DNA of 64,000 nucleotides from Enoplolaimus lenunculus (Eukaryota): NCBI GenBank assembly GCA_030248215.1, contig JASANG010003696.1, positions 62,001 to 126,000 of the forward strand, read 5' to 3'. Shown piece by piece: positions 41,511 to 53,379 of this stretch (position 1 is its first letter; each line of letters starts with the position of its first letter). The notes under the pieces were generated by a model. It saw only the letters and a program-made list of their open reading frames with translations, ran no database searches and was not told where the DNA came from. The position numbers and the translations under genes were made by a program.

Positions 41511-41969
41511 ATGTCACGAGGACACAAATTTATTCCAATGGTGATTTTAGTGGTGTTCAGTTTGAATGAAGGCAAGTTGTCATATCAGGGTGTAAAACGG
41601 ATAGTAAGAATAACGGAAACCAAAAGCGGATATTGAAGCATAAATGTTTCAATGATGTTTTATTTTTCTGCAATTAAGTCAATTTCACAAATTTTTAATA
41701 CAATCAACGAATGTTTTATTACAGGAGTGGCACGTCACATTGGAACATGGAATACAAACCGCTGGGTCGTGGGAAACCCAGTGGTAACACGAGCCTGGAT
41801 GCCAGGCCGGACAATATATCAGCCTGGATTATGGCCAAATGTTTTACACAATAACGCGATCGCAGCGCTACAAAATCCTAACAACCGTTATTTTCTGAAT
41901 CAATACTGGATGACGTCCATGTTATCACCAGTAGGAAGAGGTTACCTTAATCATTTGCTGGGTGGATAA
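41511..41969 (+). CDS. Small secreted peptide precursor B (101 aa), two exons, GC-AG intron
   Basis: Exon 1 41511-41571 MSRGHKFIPMVILVVFSLNE|G (donor GAAG/gcaagt). Exon 2 41725-41969 GVARHIGTWNTNRWVVGNPVVTRAWMPGRTIYQPGLWPNVLHNNAIAALQNPNNRYFLNQYWMTSMLSPVGRGYLNHLLGG*. Shares G..(V/I)Y....WP.V..NN..AA.QNP......NQY.M.SML.P..R..LN..L.G with gene A. AATAAA at ~42033. Confidence 0.85.
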
Positions 41970-43236
41970 ACTGAAGCCGCTATTAAGCAGAACTCAGACG
42001 CAATGTAGAATGTGTAAAAAAATCGTGTCAAAAATAAAACGCTAATTTGAACGCTTTTCAACTTTCAAACGCAGCATTTTTAACACAATTTTTTTGTGTC
42101 AGCGAAAATAATTTTGACAACTTTCAAAACACAAGAAACATTTGTGTTTTTTTGGTATTTTTGACACGAGTCCTTGCCTTATCATTTTATTATGCGTAAC
42201 ATTTTGAAACTATAAAACTATAAAATATATTAAACGTGCTAACATTTCTTTATATATGATCGCAATTTTTGACCAGAAACAAAAGGCCGGTCGAAAAAGT
42301 TACACAAAATGCACCAAAAAATACGGCCCAAATAATCAGGCGTGGAACGCTTTTGTGCGGGACTGCAATCGAGTATTAAGCTTAAGCTTTTAGTTGTTTT
42401 CTGCTTAAGCTTATAGGCTTTAGCATTATGTTAAGGCGTAAGCTTATTTTTACGCTTGTGGTTAGGCTTAAAATACGCTCGAAAAGTGTCCAAGTGCAAC
42501 TGTTTCAAAACTACGCGACCAATTCAGTTTATACAACGCGAGTTAAACTTTTCCAGCTGGACCAATTTGAGATTTGCAAACAATGAGAATATTTGAATTT
42601 TTCTAAAATAAATTGAAACCGGGGTCTTATAGAATGTCAACTTCAGTTGGTTTTGAAACCCGGTTTTGAACCACTGAACGTACACACGGATACAGAGCAA
42701 ACGGGGCCAGCAGGGCTCAGCTCAGCCTCCCACCTCGGGAAAAGTTTTAGCCCTGCTAGAAAGCTTTCAACCTTACTTGTGTAATCAACGGAAACCATTA
42801 TATACTAATCCTGAAAGTTTTTAACCCCTCCTGGCAAGGTGAGCTGGGTACGAGCCTGTATAAAGATATATTTGCGTACAAACGATAGTTTCACTTTTCG
42901 CTTGGTGAAATATTGGCTTAAATTTTATGGTTCGTTTCGCGTTAACAGCTAGAAACAGAGGCGCCGTAACCATTCCCACTGCATCCATCAAATAGTAGAG
43001 GGCTTAAAGGTTTATGACGTCCTTATTAAACGAACACAATGTGTGTTTTGGTTTTATACACGTATTTTCATCGTTTTCTAAATATTTTTCAGCTTTGGCA
43101 CATCTTCGTCGCCCCCTTTTATTATCAGTCGTTTTAGCATACAGCAGGTTGATTGTTTGATAAGTTCAGATAAAACCTGCTGTATGTGCAATTCCAAAGT
43201 GTATCATTCTTATTCCACTACTATTAAATATTACTA

Positions 43237-43484
43237 CACTGTCAATTGCGATGAGTTGATTAATCATATCAGAGGGACAATAGGTTATTTCTGGCTATAT
43301 TTGAGTTTATAACAGTAAACATTAACTCACTCTGAGCTGATTTAATCCCGGGTAAGTTAATTAATTAACTAATGAGTTCAGTCTTTTCAGAATTCCGAGT
43401 TCTGAATGACCTAATTCGGAGATGAGACGTCTCAGCGAATTAAACTCATTTTGAGTTAAAATCGACTCACTGAAATTTACAGTG
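43237..43484. mobile_element. MITE family B copy
   Basis: ta-cactgtcaattgcgatgagttga...tcactgaaatttacagtg-ta. Confidence 0.75.
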
Positions 43485-46400
43485 TAGTTTTTTTACTATT
43501 TGGTTTCTGTCAGCCTACAAGAAAGTTTGAGAAAAACGTTTTGGTTGGCAAATGTTATCACGGTATAAACATTAGCTATAATCGTTTCCACCGTACAGTA
43601 TACTGTGAGCACTAGCGAATCCAAGAGAACCATCTAAGCATTGACACTCTACTACAGTTTCAAGCTCAACAAAGTTTTTTGTTTATATCTGTAGTGTCTG
43701 ACGGGTGTACAGTTATTAAAATTTTCGCTTGTGGCTCTACATGAATGAAGAATCATTTTTGCAAGACTATAAAAGAGTAAGCTTAACCTTTAGATTATTT
43801 TTGGCTAGGCTTAGGCGTAGGCCCGCGCTTAAACTACGCTTATCGTTACGCTAAAGTTTAGGAACTTAGGCTTAGGAATATACGCTCCTCAAACCAATAT
43901 TGTTCGCTTTGAGACTCAATCTAAGACCTTAACATTTGTTATGTAAGTTTACTACAATAAAAGCAAACTGCACATATCCTTCGGACATGAAACAGCTAAA
44001 TTTTGTACTAATTGAAAACAGCGTCGTTACTTGAGCTACTTAAACCAAGAGTGGATAATTCCCATTTAACAAGAGTGTGCAACTGGGCACTTCTGTGTAG
44101 AAAAGAATGTAACCGGCACGCGTGGCATTTTTGTCGTACACCCCTTTATTTAGAGGGGGTACAACCGGTGCGAACCATGTCACTTTTTGTATGCGACGTG
44201 AAACATGATCCCCATATCGTTTACTTTAGGGGTATGTGAATTCAACCAGTATAACTTTGTTAATATTTATTAAGCGCATGCACAAATTACGTTATTTTAA
44301 ATATATATTTTGTTAAAAAACTGCAACAAAGAAAAATAAAATTGCATAATATTCCGTTCGGTGGACTTCGAAATGTGTACAAAATTGGTAAATCGCAATG
44401 TCTTCAAAATTTTAAGCTTTACATTTGCCTTTAACCATTTGTGAAACAAATTTTTAATTGTCATATAAACTTTCAGCTGACAACATCATATGAGACACGG
44501 ACAATACGTTAAAGTAATCGAAAAAATGAAACTAATTTATTTAAAAGATAAGACACTGCTGCATCGATATATAACCTAATCCTGTTGCTTGATTAAATCC
44601 TAAAGCCTAAGCCCAAGCCAACGACTCAGTCTGTCACGGATAGTTTACGAGAGCCTGTTTTACCTGCAAAAATGTACAATTTTATTGCAAAGAATATTAA
44701 TTGTTAAACGTCGATACTGTGACATATTTTCCTAAACTGTATTTTAGGGTGTGGCATTTGCGCAGGTTAACGATTAAAACAATTTAGGGTTAAAGAAAGA
44801 TCAGCTGGCTCTAAATTGCAGTCATTTATAATTGTTTAAAAATGAGAAATAGCAAAGTTACCAATCTTCAAATATGGTTAAACTTTTGGTAGTTTAAAAC
44901 ATTTTAAAATGCATCAAACGATTATTTTTTTGTAATTTGTCGAGAAACCTTTTTCCATTGTTATTATTTGCACTGTTCTAAGTTATGATAAATTTTACAA
45001 TAGGTTGCCGGTGCAATATATAAAACTTTCTTGCGAAAAAATATTAAATTAATAGTCGCATACATATGCTATGACATTTTTCAAAACGGAAGTTGAGGGC
45101 GTGGCAACGGTGCAGGTTTAATAAATTTATCTTTTTACGACAAAAATTTTGGTATAAAAATCCTCAGATGGTTAACTTTTAGTCATTTAAAGCGTTTTAA
45201 AACTCGAGAAGTTCGTTGTTTCTGTGGTATCTTTTGTTAATTGTGGTAAAGAATTTGTTGGCAAATTCTTAGTGTATGTTGAGTCAATTTTCAACTTGCA
45301 CAACACGTCTTTCCCTTACTAGGGTGTAAATAGCGATCGGTTTCATTTTTTTAGTAAAAACAACCGTTCGCTGCGGTTCCCGTTATAGAAATACCAGAAA
45401 TTCCGTTATTTTTATGCTCATAGTTGCAAACCGCTTAATAGTAAATCAGTTTCTCAATATAGACGTTGTGCCAAAGTTTGCTTTGAAATAAACATTACAA
45501 AATTCATTCACAATATTAAAAAGTTTAAAGTGGATTCATTTCTTGTCAAACGTTACGTAACAAAGTGAATATTTGCATACTTCAATTGCATTAGTGAATA
45601 ATATAACATCTTTTCACTTAGTGTATATATCCGGATATGTATCCGAATAATTATCGAAATATCCGGATATCCGCCGCATATCCGAAATGCTATTGTGTAA
45701 AATTTTTTTGGAAATTTGCATTGTTTCACCATTAACGTAACTGGAGCTGATGAGAAGAAATTCTATGTTCAATCCTGAGATAAAATATTGAACCACACTC
45801 CTGCATAATTTCATGATCATTTAAAAGTTTGATTTCATAAAACATAAACTAGAGAAATTTCAGTTTAGCTTGATATTTTTCGGAATACTGACTTCGTGTT
45901 TTTAAATTCTGAAAATTAACCCAGTGAAAAATTTGCATCGAATATGCACCGTGAAATACTTGAGTTTGATACTAATTAGTAAAAGGCTAGCTAGCTTGCA
46001 AATGTGACAATCTGTGAAGGGCACATTAGAATTTTCCATGACACGGAACCCATGAGCTCATAACTTTTGAATTAAAACCACACGCTAAGCGACTTTCATC
46101 TCATACACCAAAACAGTTCAAAAGCACTGTATCAGCGGTTCTAGCTGTATGAATAATGCACAGCTTTGTGTGACGTTAGGGAGCGACAACCACATCCTGC
46201 TTTAGTGACTTTTTAAAATGGGAAACGTTCAAGGAAGCCGCAGCCTCCCTTTAAAAAAGTTTGGTTGTTATATAAAAAGTTTCCTCCTACATTTGTGTCG
46301 TGAAATTAAAGTTTATGCCTCCTCAGCGTAATAATCACAAGTCTAAAACAAAGCTTGACAAACCCAAGCAATAAATTTGTCGAAAATTTAAGCCTAGTCT

Positions 46401-47259
46401 ATTTTGGTCTAGTGAGAAGGCGGGCACAAGCGAATACAGGGGGTGGCAAGTGGGCGTACGCCCCTCGTCAAAAATTTTTGTTGCAATAAAATGGTAAGGT
46501 CCCCCTACCTTACAATTGTTCCCTTCAGGAATTTTTTTGTGAAAAAATGATAAGGTCCCACTACCATGCAATTTTTCGCCTTCAGAAAATTTCAGTGTGA
46601 AAAATTGAGCTTCAAAACATCTACGAGCCAACCCCCGTCAGAAATTTTTAGATCCGCCCCTTGAAGCGGGGCACCACCAAAAAGTAATATGGGCTGATGT
46701 TTGTACGATTAAGCGCACGTATATTTCAATGTGGTTCATTCTTCTTGCAGCGTAAAACGACTGAAGTATATACAGTTCGAGGGAAGGATGACATTCGATA
46801 GAATCGGAGACAAACCAATCCAACTCAATTTCACGTGGCAAACGCAAGTATTTATTAGTGAGTAGCAAACTCAAATGCCCAGCACTATTGAAGTAGTGGC
46901 ATAATAAAAAAACTATTTTTAGAATTGTAAGTTTTACGCTCATAGCAATCAGTTTGTGGGTCAGGAGACTTCTCTTATAGCAACAAACTAAAACAATTCG
47001 AATATCCTGATATCCGAATAAATATCCGACAAGAATTACCCAATATCCGGATATGAAAAAATATCCGATGCCCGTCACTAGCGTATATGAATAATCGAAA
47101 CTTAAGCAAATATAATCGGGTTGAGCTCAGGCTCGGCCGTATATCCGGATGTCATATTTTTGACATTTGGTTGAATTTTAGGTTTTTACTCTGTAACGTC
47201 ATCTTAAATGTATCAGTTTGTTTGTAAATACACTGATGTTTTGAAAATAAGCAAAACCA

Positions 47260-47464
47260 CACTGCAAAAAATGGTGAGTCAAATTGACTCGCTTCGAAAT
47301 TGGTTCTACGGGACTACACAAACTGAGTCAAATTCGACTCCGCCAGAGTCAAACGTGCGACTCAGTGAGTCAAATTTGACTTTGGCGGAGTCGAATTTGA
47401 CTCAGTTTGTGTAGTCCCATAGCCTATTTCGGAGAGTCAATTTGACTCACAATTTTTTGCAGTG
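47260..47464. mobile_element. MITE family A copy
   Basis: cactgcaaaaaatggtgagtcaaattgactc...gagtcaatttgactcacaattttttgcagtg. Confidence 0.85.
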
Positions 47465-47940
47465 CATGTCTGATACTTCAGACGTAACCATTAATAGTCT
47501 TAAAAACATTAGTTTGTAAAATACTCTTAAATTGAGCACTTCCAGTTGAGCAGACAAAATTTTAACATCCATACGTATATGTTTGCGGAAACCTTCAGAA
47601 TTTAATGTCTCAAATTCAAAAGATATATTATTGTTTGTTTCAGCTAAAGCATAAAATTCTAAAATTTGAGACACTGCTGTTATTAAGCACTTTTCAGACC
47701 GTCTGAAATAAGCCGACAAACTTATTCCTTTAATATTTCAAACGCCCATACGAAGTTTTATCATTCATTTGATTTTTCTCAAAAATATGATAAATTTCAA
47801 TCTCCAAGAAATTGGAAATAAACTGTTTATACTAAAGATTTCGGAAAAACTTTACGAAATTAATACTTTACCGTTTCAGACATTAAATAAAATATAATTT
47901 TGGTGTTGAATTATTGCACGAACTACAAACAAGAGATAAC

Positions 47941-49439
47941 ATGGCACGACTATTAATTCCGTTGGTAATTTTGGTGTTAATGTTCAGTTTACAAGAAGGT
48001 AAAGTGAGCTAATATTGTTGACACGCAAAATGCGTTGCTCCAATTAACCAGCAGTATTAAACAGCACAAATTACTCCATGAACAGCTGGAATTCAACTTT
48101 TGACCGTTGTCCAACCTGACTATTAAAGTGGCCAATGTATAGAACAGGGCCGGAACAGTAGTATAAGCATATTCCTAAGCTTAAGCCTAAGCCTAAGTTA
48201 AGCGTAAGACAGAGCCTCTACATAAGCCTAAGCCTAAGCAAAAATAGTCTTAAGCTTAAGCTTACTCTAATACAGTCCCGTCGGAAAACGTTCCGGTCCT
48301 GTTCAATACATGGGCCATTAAAGTTATATTTTCTGCACAACGAAGGTAGCTATTCATATAGCGAAGTAGCAGTATGGTGGAGTAAACTTCGCGTGCGATT
48401 AATTTGTAAACAAGTTAAATTTCTTGCAAAACACATTTAGTGCTAGATATATAAAATTTGCCATTAATACACTCAGGCTATTTGTACGCATTCTGTAAGA
48501 CGCTCCGCCAATCCGATTCGACACAGGTTGTGCAACATATCACAACAATTCAACATTTACGTCGTCCGCGAATTCTGTCTATTCTAACAACACTTTGAAA
48601 CTAACCTTTACACGTGCATTCCTAAGCTATTCCTTCATTAACCATGCTTAGTGTTTTTGTTTACTTTCCTATGTATTGAAGAGACGCCTTTATTTACATT
48701 TTAAGAAACTCTGTTTTGATAATATATTGCGATAACACACTTGTACAAACAACATAAAATGTACGTGCATAATGCATATGTAAATCAAAAATCGAGCCAA
48801 CAACCATCTTAAACACAACATCGCTGAGGCGAGGTCGCCAAAAACAGTCAACCTTGCTGTTATAATATATACAATATTGACTGGGTTCCAGAAACGTGCC
48901 CTTTACTCGAGCTCTAACTTAATGTTAAACCTCAAAAAGAAATTAATTTAAATGTCAATCTTTTAACAAACACGCGGCGCCCAATCGCATTCCTTCATTT
49001 CGTTAAATTCAACACTAAAAGCTCAAATAGATACACTTGTCGAATATTAACATTGAATAATTTTGCAAGCTGAAATTCTGATTGAACACATCCAACTTAA
49101 ATCAATGATGCTAAACTTAAAATAACTTATGTCTCAAGTCGAAGTTGGATTCAGTCATGTTTGTGTAACTGTCAGCCAGCGTCAAATTTCTAAACTCAAA
49201 TATTAATCAACGAATGTTTTATAGGAGACGCTATTACCGGCATCTGGGGTCCAATATGGCCACGAAGAACATACAACCCACCTATAATTCATCAATATCC
49301 ACCAGGGCCATGGTCAACAACAGTTTATCAACGTCCTATCGGACCATATTGGAATCCATGGGGACGACGGAGGACGACCACAGTCCACAGACGTATAATT
49401 CCGGGAGCAATTATATATAACCCTCCATGGATAAAATGA
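47941..49439 (+). CDS. Small secreted Pro/Trp/Arg-rich peptide precursor C (90 aa), two exons
   Basis: Exon 1 47941-47998 MARLLIPLVILVLMFSLQE|G (donor GAAG/gtaaag), homologous to the signal exons of A and B. Exon 2 49225-49439 GDAITGIWGPIWPRRTYNPPIIHQYPPGPWSTTVYQRPIGPYWNPWGRRRTTTVHRRIIPGAIIYNPPWIK*. The intron 3' end atcaacgaatgttttat is shared with gene B. This frame is absent from the ORF track. Confidence 0.8.
48130..48316. mobile_element. MITE family D carrying degenerate TTAGGC/GCCTAA repeats, 8-bp TSD
   Basis: TIR ggccaatgtatagaacagggccggaac...gttccggtcctgttcaatacatgggcc; TSD attaaagt; interior taagcctaagcctaag. Confidence 0.85.
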
Positions 49440-50577
49440 AGTCGCAGATCAGCTCTAAACTGGGCCCGTTGTCGGAGGAGCGGCAAAGGGCAGGGTTCCA
49501 ACGCAATTCTGATGCCGGCAAAATTACGACAAAATTTGAGCTCCGATTCAGACTGGCTGCTATTCCTATGCCAGAATTCCGATTTTTCAGTTATTACATT
49601 TTAAGGTGATTGAACTAGGATTTTGCCGCTTGTTTCGTTCGTTTGCTGATCTGTTTGTTTCGTTCTAATAAGAAGTATTCTCAGTTGTTAATACTTGAAG
49701 AGCACCTAGCAGAGCAAGTTATTCTGTTGATTCTCAAAATGTGACTGCAAATGAAAAGTTTACGTTTACCATTAAACTAATCACAAAATCTAAACTTTAA
49801 ATTTTATTTAATACCGGCAAGCAGTGAATTGGTTAATTTTTAAAAATTGTGCCATTGTTATGGTATCGTAAAGATTTCATATTTAAAGTTCCGAAATGCT
49901 GAAAAAATTTAACTGCATTTAAAATTAAGGCCAAGCTGATCCAATGCTCTGAGAATACCTAGTTTCGCTAATACAGACAGCTATAACAAGCAATGTTACT
50001 GAAACTACGAACAACACAAACAAGCATACTGAAACAAAAGTCATACACTTTTTAGTTTTTAATACAATTACTAAAACTTAAATTCCGATTCCAGTTCCGA
50101 CAAAAAATATTCCAATTCCGGTTCCGACAAAATGTATTTCGGATAGAGGAACCCTGTCAGAGGGCTTACATCCCAGGAAAGAATTTTTCAACTTAACTTG
50201 TAGCTCAATTTCAATTCTACACATGCCCTCGTGAAAATTTCTAGCCTCCTTAGTATGTTGCATGTAACGGTAGTTACGGGCCTGGTTAAAATGTGAATGC
50301 AGAATGCTTAATATTGTCATAATACGTGAAAATTGGACCAAAAGCGTATTCCTACGCCTAAAACTCTAAGCAAAAATTAATCTAAAGCTTAAGATTCGTC
50401 TATTGTAGTCCCGCAGAAAAACGTTCCGCCCCTGATTTTTGCATGAGCCGAAAACTGTAACTACAGAACAAAATCAAAGACCGTGAAGCAAAAGGGGCGT
50501 GAGGCACGCCACCCCACTTTTCGGATCAAAATTTTGAATACAGTCAACCGCTTGTCCATGGTCGCATTTGAATAACC

Positions 50578-50756
50578 GGCCAATGTAAAGGTAAGGGGCG
50601 GAAGGCTTTTCTGTGGGACTAAAAAGACTAAAGCTTAAGCTTTAGACTAAATTTTTTGCTTGGCTTAAGCTTAGGAATATGCTCATTCTTACGCTTAGGC
50701 TTTATGCTTGGGAATATGCTTATAATACTGTTCCGACCCTGTTCTTTACATTGGCC
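50578..50756. mobile_element. MITE family D copy (opposite orientation)
   Basis: ggccaatgtaaag...ctttacattggcc; TSD gaataacc/gaataatc; interior gcttaagcttagg..cttaggc. Confidence 0.8.
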
Positions 50757-51725
50757 GAATAATCTTAGCGCAGGTTCTGGACCTTAAATTGAAACAACAA
50801 GGATAAATTTGCATATATATGCAAATTTACTGTTATCTACTAAACAACCCATACTACATTTCCTGTCGCTCCACACATATTTAAGACCTCAGAACCGGAA
50901 AATTAAAATGAACGTTATTAATGTTATTCTTCAGGCTCAGGGTTATGCATGCTTATGCTTAGGTACTAGGCTTCCTTTTATTCAATTATCCAGGAGGTTT
51001 CCATGCATTGTTTACATAGTATCGCTTATAGGAAGAATAGATTCCTTTTCCACGTACTATCTCTCATCAGAAACCGAAGATGGTAACTGATTTAAATTTC
51101 TGAGTAGCCATTTAAAAGTACCACTGTCGTTTATGCGTTTTTCAATTTTCTTTTCGGTCTAAAATTTTGCTTATCAATTTTCCAACCAAATTTATAAAAC
51201 ATTGCAATTTCCCATAGCCCTTGTCTTTAAAACGGCAATGGTAAATTGAAATTTTGAAAATGCCATTTTTAATTTACCCTTACTGTTTAGTGTTGCAATT
51301 TGCCGCGCGCCGAGGACAGGACCACAAACGGATTGTGATCAAATTAACGGGAACCAATACTGAAGTATTAAATTTTTAAAAATGTTGTATCTTTCTGCCA
51401 ACACAACTGAGGCATGCAAACATTCACTTGGCTTTATAAAATTTTGAAGAACAAATAGCGGATCACCAAAATTGTACAGAGTCTGTTTAAGCTTTAGCCT
51501 AACTTTTTGCTTCGGCTTATGCTTAGGAATAGGCTCATCCTTACGCTTAGGCTTAGGAATATGCTTATACTACTGTTCCGGTCTTGCTCTATACACGGGT
51601 CAAATTTTTTAACGATTAATTACCGTTCTTCGACATGCGGAAATGTTTTTAATCAGCTCTATACAAACAACGAAATAACATATTGGTCAATAAACAAAAT
51701 AATGTATTAAGCCTTTCTCACATGA

Positions 51726-51986
51726 TAGGGTGCAACCGGAGGTGAAAAATACCGGAGCCGTAGGGTCAACGAAACTTGCCGGAGCCGGAGTGAGACGAAA
51801 TTAAGTAGTAAAAATGATGGTTAATTAGTTAATTTTAGCCAATATCTGCAAAATGTTATTATGTTGTTTGATTTCACGCTAATTTTCTGCCAAATTTCGG
51901 CAATTCTTTCATGAAAATTGTCACAAAAGTAAATCGAAACACGCTAAACAAAATTCTACAGGAGCCGGACCTCCGGTTGTGCTCTT
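51726..51986. mobile_element. hAT-like MITE nested in a piggyBac-like MITE copy
   Basis: tagggtgcaaccggagg...cctccggttgtgctctt with 8-bp TSD tcacatga; a related element lies at ~7557-7755. Confidence 0.75.
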
Positions 51987-52602
51987 TCACATGAATATTT
52001 TCAATTTCATATGAAATGTAAATTCAAGGTAAGATTCGATCCACAGCGTGTATGTTGGAGCTCGAGGCCGATGGGGCTCTCACCTCTCGTAAAACTTTTA
52101 AAGATTAATTACCATTCTTCGAATACGGAATGTTTTTAATCCGGTCTATACAAACGAAACAACATAGTGGTCAATAAAAAATAATGTGTTAAGCCTTTCT
52201 CACATGAATATTTTCAATTTCACATGAGATACTTCAAGATAACATTCGATTCCAAGTCTTACGGATGACAGTTCTTTCGGATGATCACCTCGAGGAAGCT
52301 CTCAAGTCTGGAGATTTTCCACTGCGCATGTATACTAGAATTGTTTAACACCGCCCGTATATTATTTCATTTAGTTGCTCATAGTATATTCTGAGTGAAA
52401 GGGTTATAGATACTAACTGAAAAGTTTTCTCATATAAATATTTTCAATTTCATATGATGTAACATCAAGGTAAATTCGACCCGCATTATAACGGATGGCA
52501 GGCGTTTACGATGTACACTGAGCTATAGGAGATAGACGCTTGACCCCAAGGGACACTCACGTCTTGTGGAGATTTTGCATTGCGCATGTATGTTAGAATT
52601 GT

Positions 52603-52729
52603 TAAACACTGCTCACGGTGTCTGTATTGCTCGAATGTTATTTCTAAACACTGCTCACCGTGTCTGTATTGCTCGAATGTTATTTCTAAACACTGCTCAC
52701 AGTGTCTGTATTGCTCGAATGTTATTTCT
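52603..52729. repeat. Tandem repeat, 3 x 42 bp
   Basis: taaacactgctcac(g/c/a)gtgtctgtattgctcgaatgttatttc at 52603, 52645, 52687. Confidence 0.95.
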
Positions 52730-53379
52730 ATTTAGTTGCTCATAGTATACCCTATGAGAGAAAGGGTTAACAATAATTCTGCCACAAACACGAACCAACT
52801 GTTGGAAAAAGTACAATGTAATCTTAGAAACCTATAGAACACATATCGTCCATAATCATGGTAAAAGCACTCTTTATCAGGGCGCAATCGGATATCCGTT
52901 TCCGGTAAATATCGGTGTCCATTTTCGTTCCAGAAATATCGGAAATTCGGTTAGTTTTACGTTCAAAATTAGCGATAAACAACGTAAACCTCGCATTTTT
53001 CATTATAGATATGTTGCAACTGTTTAAAATAAAATAAAACAAAAATTAGGGAATTCATTCCAAATCTTAATCAGTTCGGTGCATCTGTCCTTTTTTTTAA
53101 ATTTTAGAAAATTTGGTGAATATTTTGCAGGCCTCAATTCTGTTAGCACCCCGGCATTTACTACTACAAATCGCTTTCACTCTGTATGTAATTGCAAACA
53201 GTAGCAAAATTATACAAAATTCAATTTATATTAAAACGGACCATGTTAATGAGAGGTCTACCCACTGGAAGACGACAAACAGTGGGACTTAGAGACGCAA
53301 GGCTTAGAAGACAGGCCCTCACAATTGGCATGAGCTGTTGAAGCTAACTCCAGTCAAAACCATCGCACAAGTACTGCCG

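Noticed and set aside
49214..49420. ORF-track protein MFYRRRYY...
   Set aside because: Wrong frame; the phase-1 splice from the signal exon gives the Pro/Trp-rich frame ending at 49439.
52603..52729. Regularly spaced repeats as a possible CRISPR array
   Set aside because: Units are contiguous with no unique spacers; eukaryotic context; no cas genes.
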